From the NCBI GenBank assembly GCA_017420755.1, contig JAFQOG010000050.1, positions 4,146 to 68,145 on the forward strand: DNA of 64,000 nt, in the 5' to 3' direction. Positions 52,624 through 63,036 of this stretch are shown piece by piece (positions within the stretch are counted from its first letter, which is position 1; each line of letters opens with the position of its first letter). The stretch is from Clostridia bacterium. GTDB taxonomy: Bacteria; Bacillota; Clostridia; Oscillospirales; CAG-272. The notes beneath the pieces were generated by a model, which was given only the letters and a program-made list of their open reading frames with translations, ran no database searches and was not told the origin of the DNA. The position numbers were made by a program, and so were the translations under genes.

Positions 52624-55290
52624 TTATTTTAATACAACCCTTATCCACTCTTGTGAATTATCCATCATATCAAGCATCTCTTCCATGCTATCAAACCTCA
52701 TAAGTAAAATACCCAATGTTGTATTTGCACCTACGAAGGCTTTGATTTCATCCCCTTGCTTTTTCAAAATGTGATTTTCAACTATATTATTCTTTTCTAC
52801 ATTTTCATCTATTTCGATTTTGTCAAGTATTCCATCATGCAAGCTATGCACCGCATAGTAAGCATAGTATCCGTTTGGCTTGCCAAAATCACACTTTATT
52901 TCTTCGCCCATTGCAGCCTTTATTGAGCATTCAACCAAATCAACGCCTGTTGCGTATTTAATTATTTGAGGAATATAATTTCCACCATCTCTTGGTGCTA
53001 TTTCCATAAGATAAACATTATAATCCTTATCAATACGCATGTCAAAATTATAAGTAGTTGTTTTCATGTCAAGCAAATCAATTAGACGTTGTATTTCGTT
53101 ATGAACCTTTGTTTGAACTTCCTCTGACATATTGTAAGGAAAGCTTGCTGAAATTGGTACAAATGGGTTTACGCAGTTAGGATTAAAGTGATCATTTGCA
53201 AAATATCTAAAAACAAGCTTGCCGTCAACCGAAAGGCCATCTCCTGCTATTTGATATCCAAGCTTTTCAACGAACTCCTCAACTATAACACGATGTCCTC
53301 TTGAAAACGACATCGCATAATTTAATTTTTCTAATGCTTCTTCACAGCTGTCTATTCGAGATACTCCCTTGCTTCCTGACGAATCAACAGGCTTTACTAT
53401 AACAGGAAGGGCGAATATTCCCTTTTTAACATCCTCAAGCGCCTCATTCACATCACAATAGCCCTGCGCTTTTGGGGTGCAAAAGCCATTATCGGACAAG
53501 AACTTTCTAAATTTATCTTTATTACATAAAATATCAACAGATTCATACGGGCTCGTCGCAAGTCCCATCTTCTCTGCAACATATGCCGCCGTTGGAGCAG
53601 CGGGATCTGACGCATAAGCAAGAACACCGTCAACCATTTCCTTTTGTGCCACCTCAAGCACGGCTTCCTTGTCGGTCGTGCTAATAAGATAGAACTTGTC
53701 CGCATGCTCTTGACCTGGATTATCAGTTAAATAGTCACATAATACGGTGTAGTATCCGAGCTTTTTAGCTGTTTTTATCGCCACTATTTGCTGCGCAGAC
53801 CCACCTAAAAGCAATATTTTTTTCATTTTGTCATCTTTCTTTTTTGATTTTCCTTTTAGAATAGATTTGATTTTAGAAATCAAAAATTCAAATCCTTTCA
53901 ATTTAAATATCGCAGAAAGCGCAATATATATTGCCACGCCTGTAATAATCTGCAACACTAACAGCACAGCGCTTGGCAAATTTACAAATGATATTGCATA
54001 AACCATTCCAAACATTACAAGAGAAATAAGAAATGCTGGAAATAAATCCTTAATTTGTTCAAAATATGAATATCCTATGAGCTTTTTGTTTGGGAAGGCG
54101 TTAATAAATGAGCCAGAAAAGGCCGTAAAAACACCAGTCATTGCAATTGCTATTGGGCTATTGAAGCAGAACACCGCTATAACCAAAGCCGAAATGCCCA
54201 TTATCTTCTTTATAATTTCAAGCTTTAAAAATATATCACTTCTGCCCATTGCATTTATCGCTTGCAAATTACAGCTATGTATTGGCAAAAATGCCAAAAT
54301 AAAGCAATATATCATCATATATGGCACTGCCGGCAACCATTTATCTGTCAAAATAACAGAAATAAGCGGGGACGCAACTGCAGCAAGTCCTGCCATCATT
54401 GGAAATATTATATATGCGCTAACCGACATTGATGTGCGCATCATTGCTTTGACCTTAGTCTTTTCGTCTTGCTCCTTTGCCATAGCTGGGAGCATAACGC
54501 TTTGCACTGCGCCATTGATTCCGTTCATCAAAAACTGTGGGAACTGTTTTCCACGGTTATAATATCCAAGAGTTCCGCTATCATATTTTTTTCCTATTAC
54601 TAAGCTTCTTAAGTCTTGATAAAGTGTGTCGATAAGACCGGAAACTAATAGCTTCCATCCGAATGAGAAAAGCTCCTTTATTCTTTTGAAATTTATAACA
54701 AGCCTTGGGAACCATCTTACCGTAAACATCATAACAACCGATGCAACACAAACGTTGACAAGGTTTTGAGCGACGAGTGCCCAAACACCTGCCCCCATAT
54801 ATGCCATACCTATACCGACAGCGCCGGAAACAATAATTGAGCCAAGGTTACTTATAAACACCTTTTTAAAGTTCATTTCTCTACTAACCTTAGCAAGCTG
54901 AATAGAGTTGAACGCACCAGGCAACAGCATTAATCCAAGGCACCTGAATGGTTTTACGATTTCTGGCATATCATAAAAATCTGCAATTAATGGCGCTGCG
55001 AAAAATAGTATTATGTATGCAACAACAGCGATTGCAAAGGATACCCAAAATGCAGATGAATAATCATCCTTTGTTATATTCTTTTTTTGTATTAGTGCCG
55101 TATTAAAGCCGTTTTGTATAAACACATTTGCAAGTGTTGTAAATATTATCATTATGGATAAAACGCCATAATGCTCAGGAGAAAGTAATCGTGCAAGAAT
55201 AATTTGCAAAACAAACTGTACGCCATGAACTCCAAAGCGCTCTAATAGCTTCCAGCCAAGTGCTTTTGAGACACTATTTGTGTTATTCAT
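52624..55290 (-). CDS. fusion protein: Wzx-type (MOP superfamily) polysaccharide flippase (aa 1-~488) + ATP-grasp ligase (aa ~489-888)
   Basis: The N-terminal half is polytopic and typical of polysaccharide biosynthesis flippases. There is no stop before the in-frame MKKILLLGGSAQQIV...VIVKPVDSSGSKGV segment, which is a paralogue of the 430-aa ATP-grasp. The internal ATG at 53826 has no good SD. Confidence 0.75.
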   Translation of the reverse strand: MNNTNSVSKALGWKLLERFGVHGVQFVLQIILARLLSPEHYGVLSIMIIFTTLANVFIQNGFNTALIQKKNITKDDYSSAFWVSFAIAVVAYIILFFAAPLIADFYDMPEIVKPFRCLGLMLLPGAFNSIQLAKVSREMNFKKVFISNLGSIIVSGAVGIGMAYMGAGVWALVAQNLVNVCVASVVMMFTVRWFPRLVINFKRIKELFSFGWKLLVSGLIDTLYQDLRSLVIGKKYDSGTLGYYNRGKQFPQFLMNGINGAVQSVMLPAMAKEQDEKTKVKAMMRTSMSVSAYIIFPMMAGLAAVASPLISVILTDKWLPAVPYMMIYCFILAFLPIHSCNLQAINAMGRSDIFLKLEIIKKIMGISALVIAVFCFNSPIAIAMTGVFTAFSGSFINAFPNKKLIGYSYFEQIKDLFPAFLISLVMFGMVYAISFVNLPSAVLLVLQIITGVAIYIALSAIFKLKGFEFLISKIKSILKGKSKKKDDKMKKILLLGGSAQQIVAIKTAKKLGYYTVLCDYLTDNPGQEHADKFYLISTTDKEAVLEVAQKEMVDGVLAYASDPAAPTAAYVAEKMGLATSPYESVDILCNKDKFRKFLSDNGFCTPKAQGYCDVNEALEDVKKGIFALPVIVKPVDSSGSKGVSRIDSCEEALEKLNYAMSFSRGHRVIVEEFVEKLGYQIAGDGLSVDGKLVFRYFANDHFNPNCVNPFVPISASFPYNMSEEVQTKVHNEIQRLIDLLDMKTTTYNFDMRIDKDYNVYLMEIAPRDGGNYIPQIIKYATGVDLVECSIKAAMGEEIKCDFGKPNGYYAYYAVHSLHDGILDKIEIDENVEKNNIVENHILKKQGDEIKAFVGANTTLGILLMRFDSMEEMLDMMDNSQEWIRVVLK

Positions 55291-55311
55291 TTATTTCTCC
55301 CTTCTAATTTT

Positions 55312-56259
55312 TTATAATTTTTTCTTTATTGTTGACCCACGCTGTCCTGTAAATATTTTTTTAAAAATCATCACTATTGCTGCTGGTTCTTTAAATGCAT
55401 AGTAAATTGCTTTTTTGGTTATTTTGAATACGTTTTTGTCAACAAAAATATCTTCAAATGCCAATTGATTTTTTCTGTTTTTAAATTTTATTTTTCTTCC
55501 GAAATTTTCTTTTGTTGCTTTTTCGAGTGTTCTAAGCGCATTCCAAAACCTATGAATCCTTTTTTTGTCACCCAAGATTCTTGATGACCAAGAATTTCCG
55601 CCTTGCTCACTTACGTGCCTATAAACGGAATGCTTTTCATCAAGTCGCCATATATCCCCGTAAAGAAGCAAGAAAAGAGTTATTTTCATATCACCGGGTA
55701 GCTTGGCTTTTTCAAAGCATAGATACTTTTCAAGGTTGCTTGTAAATATATTGCGGCAAACATATGTCGCCAACTGTCCCGGCATTTCATATTTTTGAAA
55801 ATCATCAAGAGTATATACACCCTCGTTTTCATAATACCCAAAAGTTATTTTGTCAACCTTTTCGCCTTTTCTATTAATTACATCATATTTATGTATGCAC
55901 GCTATATATTCGGGGTGTTCGTCTAAAAAATCAACTTGTCTTTGGAGCTTGTCTTCACTAGTCCAGTAGTCATCTCCCTCGCACCAAGCTATATATTCAC
56001 CTTTTGCTATCGGATAAATATAAGTAGATGAGATTTTCACTCCCTTTGACATTTGATTTTCTGTTTGGTATATAGGCTTTATTATGTTTGGATACTTCTC
56101 CTCATACTCGCGAATAATGCTTGCAGAATTATCAGTCGAAGCATCATCGTGTATTAAAACCTCATATTCAAAATTACATTTTTGATTTACAAAGCCATCA
56201 AGACATTTTCTTAAATATGGCTCGTGATTGTAAACCAAACAAATTACTGAAACCTTCAT
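55312..56259 (-). CDS. family 2 glycosyltransferase
   Basis: MKVSVICLVYNHEPYLRKCLDG...HDDASTDN are GT-A/GT2 motifs. Confidence 0.85.
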   Translation of the reverse strand: MKVSVICLVYNHEPYLRKCLDGFVNQKCNFEYEVLIHDDASTDNSASIIREYEEKYPNIIKPIYQTENQMSKGVKISSTYIYPIAKGEYIAWCEGDDYWTSEDKLQRQVDFLDEHPEYIACIHKYDVINRKGEKVDKITFGYYENEGVYTLDDFQKYEMPGQLATYVCRNIFTSNLEKYLCFEKAKLPGDMKITLFLLLYGDIWRLDEKHSVYRHVSEQGGNSWSSRILGDKKRIHRFWNALRTLEKATKENFGRKIKFKNRKNQLAFEDIFVDKNVFKITKKAIYYAFKEPAAIVMIFKKIFTGQRGSTIKKKL

Positions 56260-56301
56260 GTTGAATCCTTTTATACTTTGATAATATTCTCTCGTTTCGG
56301 A

Positions 56302-57270
56302 CTAATGCGCTTTTCCCTGCTTGCGACTCATAATTTTTAAATATAGCCTTGGACAAATCGAAGCGACCAGTGCTTTTGCCTTTGCCCTATATCTAAGCTT
56401 TTTAAACGAACGCAAGTTTAAATGCTTTTTCAAATTTTTAATAATATTTTTTGAATATTTCTTTTGAGCCTCTTTATCCCCTGCTATTTTAGAAAGCATA
56501 CCAAGATCACTATTTATAGTCTTTGCATCCACAGTTGACACAAGGGCTTTTTTATCTTTTTCCAAAACAAGCTCTCTCATTTTTTGGCACGCTTTATGAG
56601 ATGAATTCATATAGCGCTCGGTGAGTTTGCTGTGAAATGCACTATTTTCGTGTAAATAATAATTATATAACGGCTCGGAGAAGTATACGATTTTTATAGG
56701 ATTAAACAAAATCCTTAAAACCGCAAGCATATCTTCAAAAATATAAATATCCTCATCGAGTCTTACGTTTTCAAAAAGCTCTGCCTTGAAAAGTTTGTTA
56801 CATAGATGTCCTGCAAAGGGCTTTCCCTTTAAAACCACCTCAAGCGCGACAGATGAATCATAGATTTCTGTTTTTATTTCGCTTTTGTTTTCTTGTACTC
56901 CACTCGGAGTAATAAATTTAAAATCACAAACAGAAATTTGAGCGTTTGAATCTATTAAATTGTTATAAAGCTTTTCATACATAGTCGGCTCGATTGTATC
57001 ATCACTGTCAACAAAGCCAACATATTCACCTTTTATATTATTAAGTGCAGTATTTCTCGCAGAGGAAACGCCGCCGTTTTCTTTATGTATTACAACTATT
57101 CTATCGTCTTTTTTCGCCCACTCGTCGCAAATTTTGCCACAATTGTCGGGCGAGCCATCGTCTACAAGTATTAACTCAAAATCCTTAAACGTCTGATTTA
57201 AAATACTTTCAATACATTTATCAAGATATTTTTCAGTTTTATATACAGGAACTATTATGCTTATTTTCAT
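56302..57270 (-). CDS. family 2 glycosyltransferase
   Basis: ISIIVPVYKTEKYLDKCIESILNQT...VDDGSPD...DSDD. Confidence 0.88.
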   Translation of the reverse strand: MKISIIVPVYKTEKYLDKCIESILNQTFKDFELILVDDGSPDNCGKICDEWAKKDDRIVVIHKENGGVSSARNTALNNIKGEYVGFVDSDDTIEPTMYEKLYNNLIDSNAQISVCDFKFITPSGVQENKSEIKTEIYDSSVALEVVLKGKPFAGHLCNKLFKAELFENVRLDEDIYIFEDMLAVLRILFNPIKIVYFSEPLYNYYLHENSAFHSKLTERYMNSSHKACQKMRELVLEKDKKALVSTVDAKTINSDLGMLSKIAGDKEAQKKYSKNIIKNLKKHLNLRSFKKLRYRAKAKALVASICPRLYLKIMSRKQGKAH

Positions 57271-57292
57271 AAATTCTCCAAAACTTCAAAAC

Positions 57293-58447
57293 TTACAAGC
57301 CTAACTCGTCAATCAGGCTTTTGGCTGTATTTCTTTCTTCTTGTGTCACGCTTTTATTGCTTTTTATTTCCGTGGTGGCGCGCTTTCTGCCTGGACCAAA
57401 GGCTATTCTAAACCACCTTACAATCTGCAAAAATGGATATAGAATCGGCCATTTAATTAAAACCTTATAGCTTTTCTTTAGCTGGCTATATGGCATAAAG
57501 ATTCTGCCCCAAAGGCGCTTAAATGCTCCGCCCTTAGCCCCCTGCTCCATTGCAAGATTTTGCTCAACCGTTCCGTAAACACCGCCTTGCAAAATAAAGT
57601 CTTCCATGCTTTTTGTAATCTCTGTATGACTTTGATTTTCAAACCACGCGTCAACAAGTAAAAGTGCAAAGCTATAAAGCTTGTCAAGTCCTTCTTGCTT
57701 AAGAAGCGCAGCGACCTTATTTTCATCATAATTCATTTTGTTCTTTATAATCCACAAATCAACAAGTGGCTTTATTCCGCATCCACCATACTTAAAATGC
57801 TTTGCCATATGGTATATGTGGAAAAACAAGAACATTTCATTTGTCATTGCGTATTCGCAACCCGAAACCTTAACAAGCTCTCCACCGTCCCAAATTTGGG
57901 TTAAAAGTGGCGATTCCTTAAAATCTGTTTCTTTAAGCTCAAAGTGAAGCTCTATATGTACTCTGTTCGGCGACAGTAAAGAAATATCGTGAGTTGAAAC
58001 GAATGTGCACTCGTAATTTAGCTCATTGACAATCAAGCCCTTTGCTTTTTCAATATCCTCTTTTTTAATTAAAATATCTATATCACAGCTTGTCCTTAGC
58101 CACGGCTCCTTATAGTAGTTTCTTAAAACTGAGCCCTTGAGTGGGAGAAATGGTATTTCGTTTTTCTCAAGCAATGAGCGAACGCGATTAAGTTCATAAT
58201 TTTGGTTTTCATATCTGAATATTGTTTTAAAAATAGACTTCTTATAATTTGCATCCGTATCGAGCACAAGCCCATTTTTATGTAGTCCATCAAAAACCAA
58301 CTGTGTTATATCGTGCTCCTTTGCCATTTGCAAAGCCTCGGATATAATTTCCTCTGTGCATAGCTTTTTGTCGTTTTCAGACAGAGGTGCTTCTTTTAAA
58401 GACGACTCAAGACAAGAAAACAGTATTCTATTTGTATTTTCGTTCAT
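57293..58447 (-). CDS. uncharacterised nucleotidyltransferase family protein (NTP_transf_5-like)
   Basis: 384 aa. IPFLPLKGSVLRNYYKEPWLRTSCDIDILI matches my recollection of the PF14907 family. Confidence 0.6.
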   Translation of the reverse strand: MNENTNRILFSCLESSLKEAPLSENDKKLCTEEIISEALQMAKEHDITQLVFDGLHKNGLVLDTDANYKKSIFKTIFRYENQNYELNRVRSLLEKNEIPFLPLKGSVLRNYYKEPWLRTSCDIDILIKKEDIEKAKGLIVNELNYECTFVSTHDISLLSPNRVHIELHFELKETDFKESPLLTQIWDGGELVKVSGCEYAMTNEMFLFFHIYHMAKHFKYGGCGIKPLVDLWIIKNKMNYDENKVAALLKQEGLDKLYSFALLLVDAWFENQSHTEITKSMEDFILQGGVYGTVEQNLAMEQGAKGGAFKRLWGRIFMPYSQLKKSYKVLIKWPILYPFLQIVRWFRIAFGPGRKRATTEIKSNKSVTQEERNTAKSLIDELGL

Positions 58448-58487
58448 TTATAGCACCCCTTTCTAAAATATAATCTAAAATATAATT

Positions 58488-59666
58488 TTATCCTAACGCG
58501 AAGAAATAATTTTCTGCGAAATTAACCATAAATGTATATATATCATTAAACATAAACATAAAGAACGCAACCGGCAAAACTATAATATTCTCCCAGCTCA
58601 TCTCTTTTTTTTCATTATGTATTGGTATTATCATAAGGAACGCGTAAGAAACCAAATACATAAATCTTTCAAGGTATAAATAGTTAAATGAAAGTCCTAT
58701 GGCAACAGCGCCAACCGTTGCTGTAAAGTTAGCTATTGTTTTTTTATACCCATCCTCATCCTTATATTTTTCCTTTGCCCTAAGCGAAATAACAAACAAA
58801 TATATAGATAAGGCAATAAAGCAAAAATATATAAGAATTGTTGCTCCATGAAAGCTTTTGAGTGCTGTCGAAAAGCTCTTGCTTTCAAGGGTTTGAAGGA
58901 TTCTATTAAACGAAAAGCGTAAATATCCGCTATTTACATTGTTTATCATAAATCGAGAAATTGGCTCTATCGCAAATCCAATTCCCAAAGCGATTAACAT
59001 TGTTAAAACAGGCTTTCTCAGCTTTGAAGCCAACCATGTAAGTATAACCACAAGTGCGAAGTTGTGAACAAAAATAGCAACCACACACAAAAGAACAGCC
59101 ATAACTATTGAAAGTGCCTTGTTTTTCTTTTTTGTCATCAAAAGATATATAGCCAAGGAAACAAGAGAAACGGCAAATGAGCATCTGATACCGGAAATTA
59201 CAAGCTTCATACCAAATGTACAAAGCCACATAAGAATTGCTAAAATTCTAACTTTTCCACTTGTCTGTGGCAAATAAGTTTTGAACATTTTGCGATATAT
59301 GTATCCAACTATCGCAAAATCAATAATAAGTGGAATTGTTGTTAAAAGATTTTTTAAATTTTCGGGTAACATGCTTATAAAATACGCAAAATAGTTAAAG
59401 ACATATAAGTCCTTATACTGGCTTTCAAAAACAACGTATTTTATTCCGCCCTCACGCATTTCGTCAAGCAAATAAAAGTGCTCAATCAAGTCCCATCTTA
59501 TAAACTCTTTAGGCTCAAAGAAAAACGAAAAAACAACAAAGATAGCAAAAATCGCAATTAAATATCCGCCACTGACTTTAGTGGAGGTTTTGCCTTCTGT
59601 TGCCAAGGTCAAACACATTGCAAAAAGCACTATTGCAAGAAATATAAAGCATATTATCTCTATCAT
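58488..59666 (-). CDS. EpsG/Wzy-like polysaccharide polymerase (polytopic membrane protein)
   Basis: 392 aa with about 10 or more hydrophobic helices and no other flippase-like signature. The call rests on position in the glycan locus. The start forms an ATGA overlap with the upstream GT. Confidence 0.55.
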   Translation of the reverse strand: MIEIICFIFLAIVLFAMCLTLATEGKTSTKVSGGYLIAIFAIFVVFSFFFEPKEFIRWDLIEHFYLLDEMREGGIKYVVFESQYKDLYVFNYFAYFISMLPENLKNLLTTIPLIIDFAIVGYIYRKMFKTYLPQTSGKVRILAILMWLCTFGMKLVISGIRCSFAVSLVSLAIYLLMTKKKNKALSIVMAVLLCVVAIFVHNFALVVILTWLASKLRKPVLTMLIALGIGFAIEPISRFMINNVNSGYLRFSFNRILQTLESKSFSTALKSFHGATILIYFCFIALSIYLFVISLRAKEKYKDEDGYKKTIANFTATVGAVAIGLSFNYLYLERFMYLVSYAFLMIIPIHNEKKEMSWENIIVLPVAFFMFMFNDIYTFMVNFAENYFFALG

Positions 59667-60733
59667 TTCTGTCCTCCCTTGTAAATGTCAATATATTTTT
59701 TTGCCATCTCTACCGATGAAAATGCTTGCGAACGATAAAGAGCATTTTGTCCAAGCTTTTTTCTCAGTTCTTCATCGTTTGAAAGACGCAAAAATGCATC
59801 CGCTATTTCTTTTGCATCAATCCTTGTCAAAATACCACTTTCGTTATTTGTCAGCATATCAGGAATTCCACCAACCTCTGTTGCAACAATTGGCAAGCCT
59901 GTGCCCATTGCCTCAATTAAAGTCATTGGTATTCCCTCATATATTGATGGTAAGGTGAAAACGTCCGCCTCGTGCAAAAATCCATAGACATTGCTTTGTA
60001 GTCCCAAGAATTTAACAGAGTGGGATAATCCGTTTTCCTTAGCATACTCCTCTATTTCTTCCTTTTTGGGCCCATCACCAATAAGCCAAAGCTCACTTTC
60101 CGGTTTTAGCGAATTGAATGCTTTAAAAGCATCTATAAGTCCTTTGTGGTTTTTTTCCTCAGAAAATCTTCCTATGTGAACTATTTTAAAGTTGTCATCT
60201 GTGCCATAGCTTTCTTTTTTTATACATTTTGATAAATTTATGCCGTTAAACACAACCGGAATATTATCAATACCATATACGTCAGCTACCGTTTCCTTTA
60301 CAGCCTCACTTAAAGCAACGGGAACGATGCCCTGCTTTTTATAAAATCTTTTAGCTAATATTTTATCGATTCTAGTAAGCTCCTTTTGTGCAACACTGTG
60401 CACTGTATGAGCGCGTGACGGCACTTTTGCTTTTTTTGCTGCTATCATAGCATATTTTTGCGATGACAAATGAGAATGAACAACATCCGGCTTTTCCTTC
60501 TCAAAAACCTTCTTAAGCTTTTTGAACATGGATATATCCATTCCCGGCTTTTTATCAAGAAAAATTATTTCAACACCGCTTTCTTTAAGTCTTTCAGTTA
60601 TTGGCGTTTTTTGGTTATACAAGCTTACTATTTTCACATCAACGCCCATATTCTTTAATTCAAGCGTTAAATTTTCACACATTATTTCAGCGCCACCCAT
60701 TAAAAGATTGGGTATAACCTGTATAACCTTCAT
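59663..60733 (-). CDS. family 4 (GT-B) glycosyltransferase
   Basis: C-terminal EGIPMTLIEAMGTGLPIVATEVGGIPD is the Glycos_transf_1 motif. Confidence 0.88.
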   Translation of the reverse strand: MKVIQVIPNLLMGGAEIMCENLTLELKNMGVDVKIVSLYNQKTPITERLKESGVEIIFLDKKPGMDISMFKKLKKVFEKEKPDVVHSHLSSQKYAMIAAKKAKVPSRAHTVHSVAQKELTRIDKILAKRFYKKQGIVPVALSEAVKETVADVYGIDNIPVVFNGINLSKCIKKESYGTDDNFKIVHIGRFSEEKNHKGLIDAFKAFNSLKPESELWLIGDGPKKEEIEEYAKENGLSHSVKFLGLQSNVYGFLHEADVFTLPSIYEGIPMTLIEAMGTGLPIVATEVGGIPDMLTNNESGILTRIDAKEIADAFLRLSNDEELRKKLGQNALYRSQAFSSVEMAKKYIDIYKGGQK

Positions 60734-60746
60734 AATTTTTCCTTTC

Positions 60747-61781
60747 TCATCTCTTGGATGAACAAATCAAATCCCAAATTTGTTTAGTTATTGTATCTAA
60801 TGAAAACTTTTCGGCAGATTTTAGACATTCTGCGCGGTATCCATTTATCTTTTCGATGTTTTCAACACAGTATTTTAACTTCGCATATAAATCCTCTGTG
60901 TCTGCGAATCTATATGTAATTGAGTCTTTTTCCGACAAAACATCAGCGTATGACTCCCACTCACTTGCCAAAACAGGAACGCCTGCTGAAAAGGCGTCTA
61001 TTATTGTTCCGGGTACGCCCTCTGTGTAGAACAGCGTTGGGAACAACAGCATATAGTGTCCCTTTAAAGCCTCTACGCTTTTGCTTGGATCGACAACCCC
61101 TTTATATTGAACAAAGGACGAATATTCCTCACATAGATTAGAAAATTCTTCCTTGTAGTCCTCACTAACCGGACCGTGTATATTAAGTGTGCAAACGTTT
61201 TTACCTGCCTCTTTGTTTAGTCTGTCACAGGCGCAAATTGCATCACCAATACCCTTTTGCTTTAAAATTCTAGAGAATATGCAAAGTGGGAGCGGCTCTT
61301 CAAAATCATATTTGATTTCTTTCTCGTTAATTGGAGTTATATCCTTGAAATTAGGAACGGTAACTACGTTATTAAAGCCCTGCGCCTCCAGCTTTTTTTG
61401 CATTGTTTTTGTTTCGGAAAAAATATAATCGAATTTTTTTAGTTGCTTTTTTAGTCCCTTTTTATTTTCCAAAAGCGATGGTAACCACGCGCCGATTACA
61501 CTGTATATCTTTACCTTTTTCTTTCCAAAAAGATTTATTATGCGCGTGTATATTTTTACGCTTCCACTTGCCGGTAGCATAATTATTACGTCGCTTTTTC
61601 GTGCTAACCTAACAACCTTGAAAAAGAACGAAAACGGATGCTTTTTCCATCTGTATGAATCAACGGTCAAAAATTCTTCTTTTTCGTTTAACAAAGCCTT
61701 TTCAAGGTTTCTTGTTTTCGTGGTTTGCCCGTCACACAGCTCTGTGCCCCTTGCAAAGTGTCCTAAAATGCCGATTTTCAT
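60747..61781 (-). CDS. GT-B fold glycosyltransferase (GT4-like)
   Basis: The TEGVPGTIIDAFSAGVPVLASEW motif. Confidence 0.75.
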   Translation of the reverse strand: MKIGILGHFARGTELCDGQTTKTRNLEKALLNEKEEFLTVDSYRWKKHPFSFFFKVVRLARKSDVIIMLPASGSVKIYTRIINLFGKKKVKIYSVIGAWLPSLLENKKGLKKQLKKFDYIFSETKTMQKKLEAQGFNNVVTVPNFKDITPINEKEIKYDFEEPLPLCIFSRILKQKGIGDAICACDRLNKEAGKNVCTLNIHGPVSEDYKEEFSNLCEEYSSFVQYKGVVDPSKSVEALKGHYMLLFPTLFYTEGVPGTIIDAFSAGVPVLASEWESYADVLSEKDSITYRFADTEDLYAKLKYCVENIEKINGYRAECLKSAEKFSLDTITKQIWDLICSSKR

Positions 61782-61800
61782 TTAAATTCTCCTGTGCTTA

Positions 61801-63012
61801 TCAATCCCTACGGAATAAGTCGCGAGTATAAACCTTATCAAAAACATCATCAAGACATGAATCATATCGGTTTGCTATTATAGCGTCCGACTTCGTCTTG
61901 AATTCATCAATATCGTTTACAACCTCGTTTCCGTAAAAGAGCTCTCCGCTATTTAAAGTAGGCTCATAAATTATTATTTTTGCACCGTTTGCGCTGATTC
62001 TCTTCATTACACCCTGGATTGACGACTGACGGAAATTATCCGAGCCCTCTTTCATAGTAAGCCTATATACGCCTACAACAGGGGCTTGTCCGTCCGAGTT
62101 TTTATGATCTGCTATTTTCAAAACTCTTTCAGAAATAAAGTCTTTTCTTGTACGATTGGATTGCACAATAGCCGACATCATGTTTTGCGGAACATCAGCA
62201 TAATTTGCAAGTAGCTGCTTTGTATCTTTAGGAAGACAATATCCGCCGTAACCGAAAGAAGGATTGTTATAATACGAGCCAATTCTTGGGTCAAGGCAAA
62301 CACCCTCTATAATTGAGCGAGCATCTAACCCTTTCATTTCCGCATATGTATCAAGCTCATTGAAATATGAAACTCGAAGCGCCAAATAAGTGTTAGCAAA
62401 AAGCTTTACCGCTTCCGCTTCAGTAGCCCCCATAAACAAGGTATCAATATTTTCCTTGATTGCGCCTTGCTTTAAAAGCTCTGCAAATGTTCTTGCAGCG
62501 TTAGCCATCTCTTCGTTTTCCATATCCGCACCGACAATAATTCTTGACGGAAAGAGGTTATCGTAAAGAGCCTTTGACTCTCTTAAAAATTCAGGGCTGA
62601 ACAATATTCTGTTTGTATTGTATTTGCTTTTCACCCTTTGCGTAAAGCCGACAGGAATTGTCGATTTAATCACAATAAATGCCGTAGGATTATAATTCAA
62701 AACACATTCTATTACGTTTTCAACTGCCGTTGTATCAAAGAAATTCTTTTCCGAATCATAATTTGTCGGAGCCGATACAACAACAAAGTCCGCGCCCTCA
62801 TATGCCTCTTTAGCATCTAAAGTTGCAAAAAGATTGAGTTCCTTTTCTTTGAAAAACTTTTCTATATATTCATCTTGAATCGGAGAAATTCTGTTGTTTA
62901 TTTTCTCTACCTTTTCAGGAATAATGTCAATCGCAACAACCTGATGATTTTGCGCTAACAAGGTTGCTATTGACAAACCAACATATCCCGTTCCAGCCAC
63001 TGCAATTTTCAT
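61801..63012 (-). CDS. ugd: UDP-glucose 6-dehydrogenase
   Basis: 403 aa with [14 protein letters not shown], the [10 protein letters not shown] catalytic Cys motif, and a UDPG_MGDP_dh C-terminal domain. Confidence 0.92.
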   Translation of the reverse strand: MKIAVAGTGYVGLSIATLLAQNHQVVAIDIIPEKVEKINNRISPIQDEYIEKFFKEKELNLFATLDAKEAYEGADFVVVSAPTNYDSEKNFFDTTAVENVIECVLNYNPTAFIVIKSTIPVGFTQRVKSKYNTNRILFSPEFLRESKALYDNLFPSRIIVGADMENEEMANAARTFAELLKQGAIKENIDTLFMGATEAEAVKLFANTYLALRVSYFNELDTYAEMKGLDARSIIEGVCLDPRIGSYYNNPSFGYGGYCLPKDTKQLLANYADVPQNMMSAIVQSNRTRKDFISERVLKIADHKNSDGQAPVVGVYRLTMKEGSDNFRQSSIQGVMKRISANGAKIIIYEPTLNSGELFYGNEVVNDIDEFKTKSDAIIANRYDSCLDDVFDKVYTRDLFRRD

Positions 63013-63036
63013 CTTTATAAACTCCTATCATTAAAT

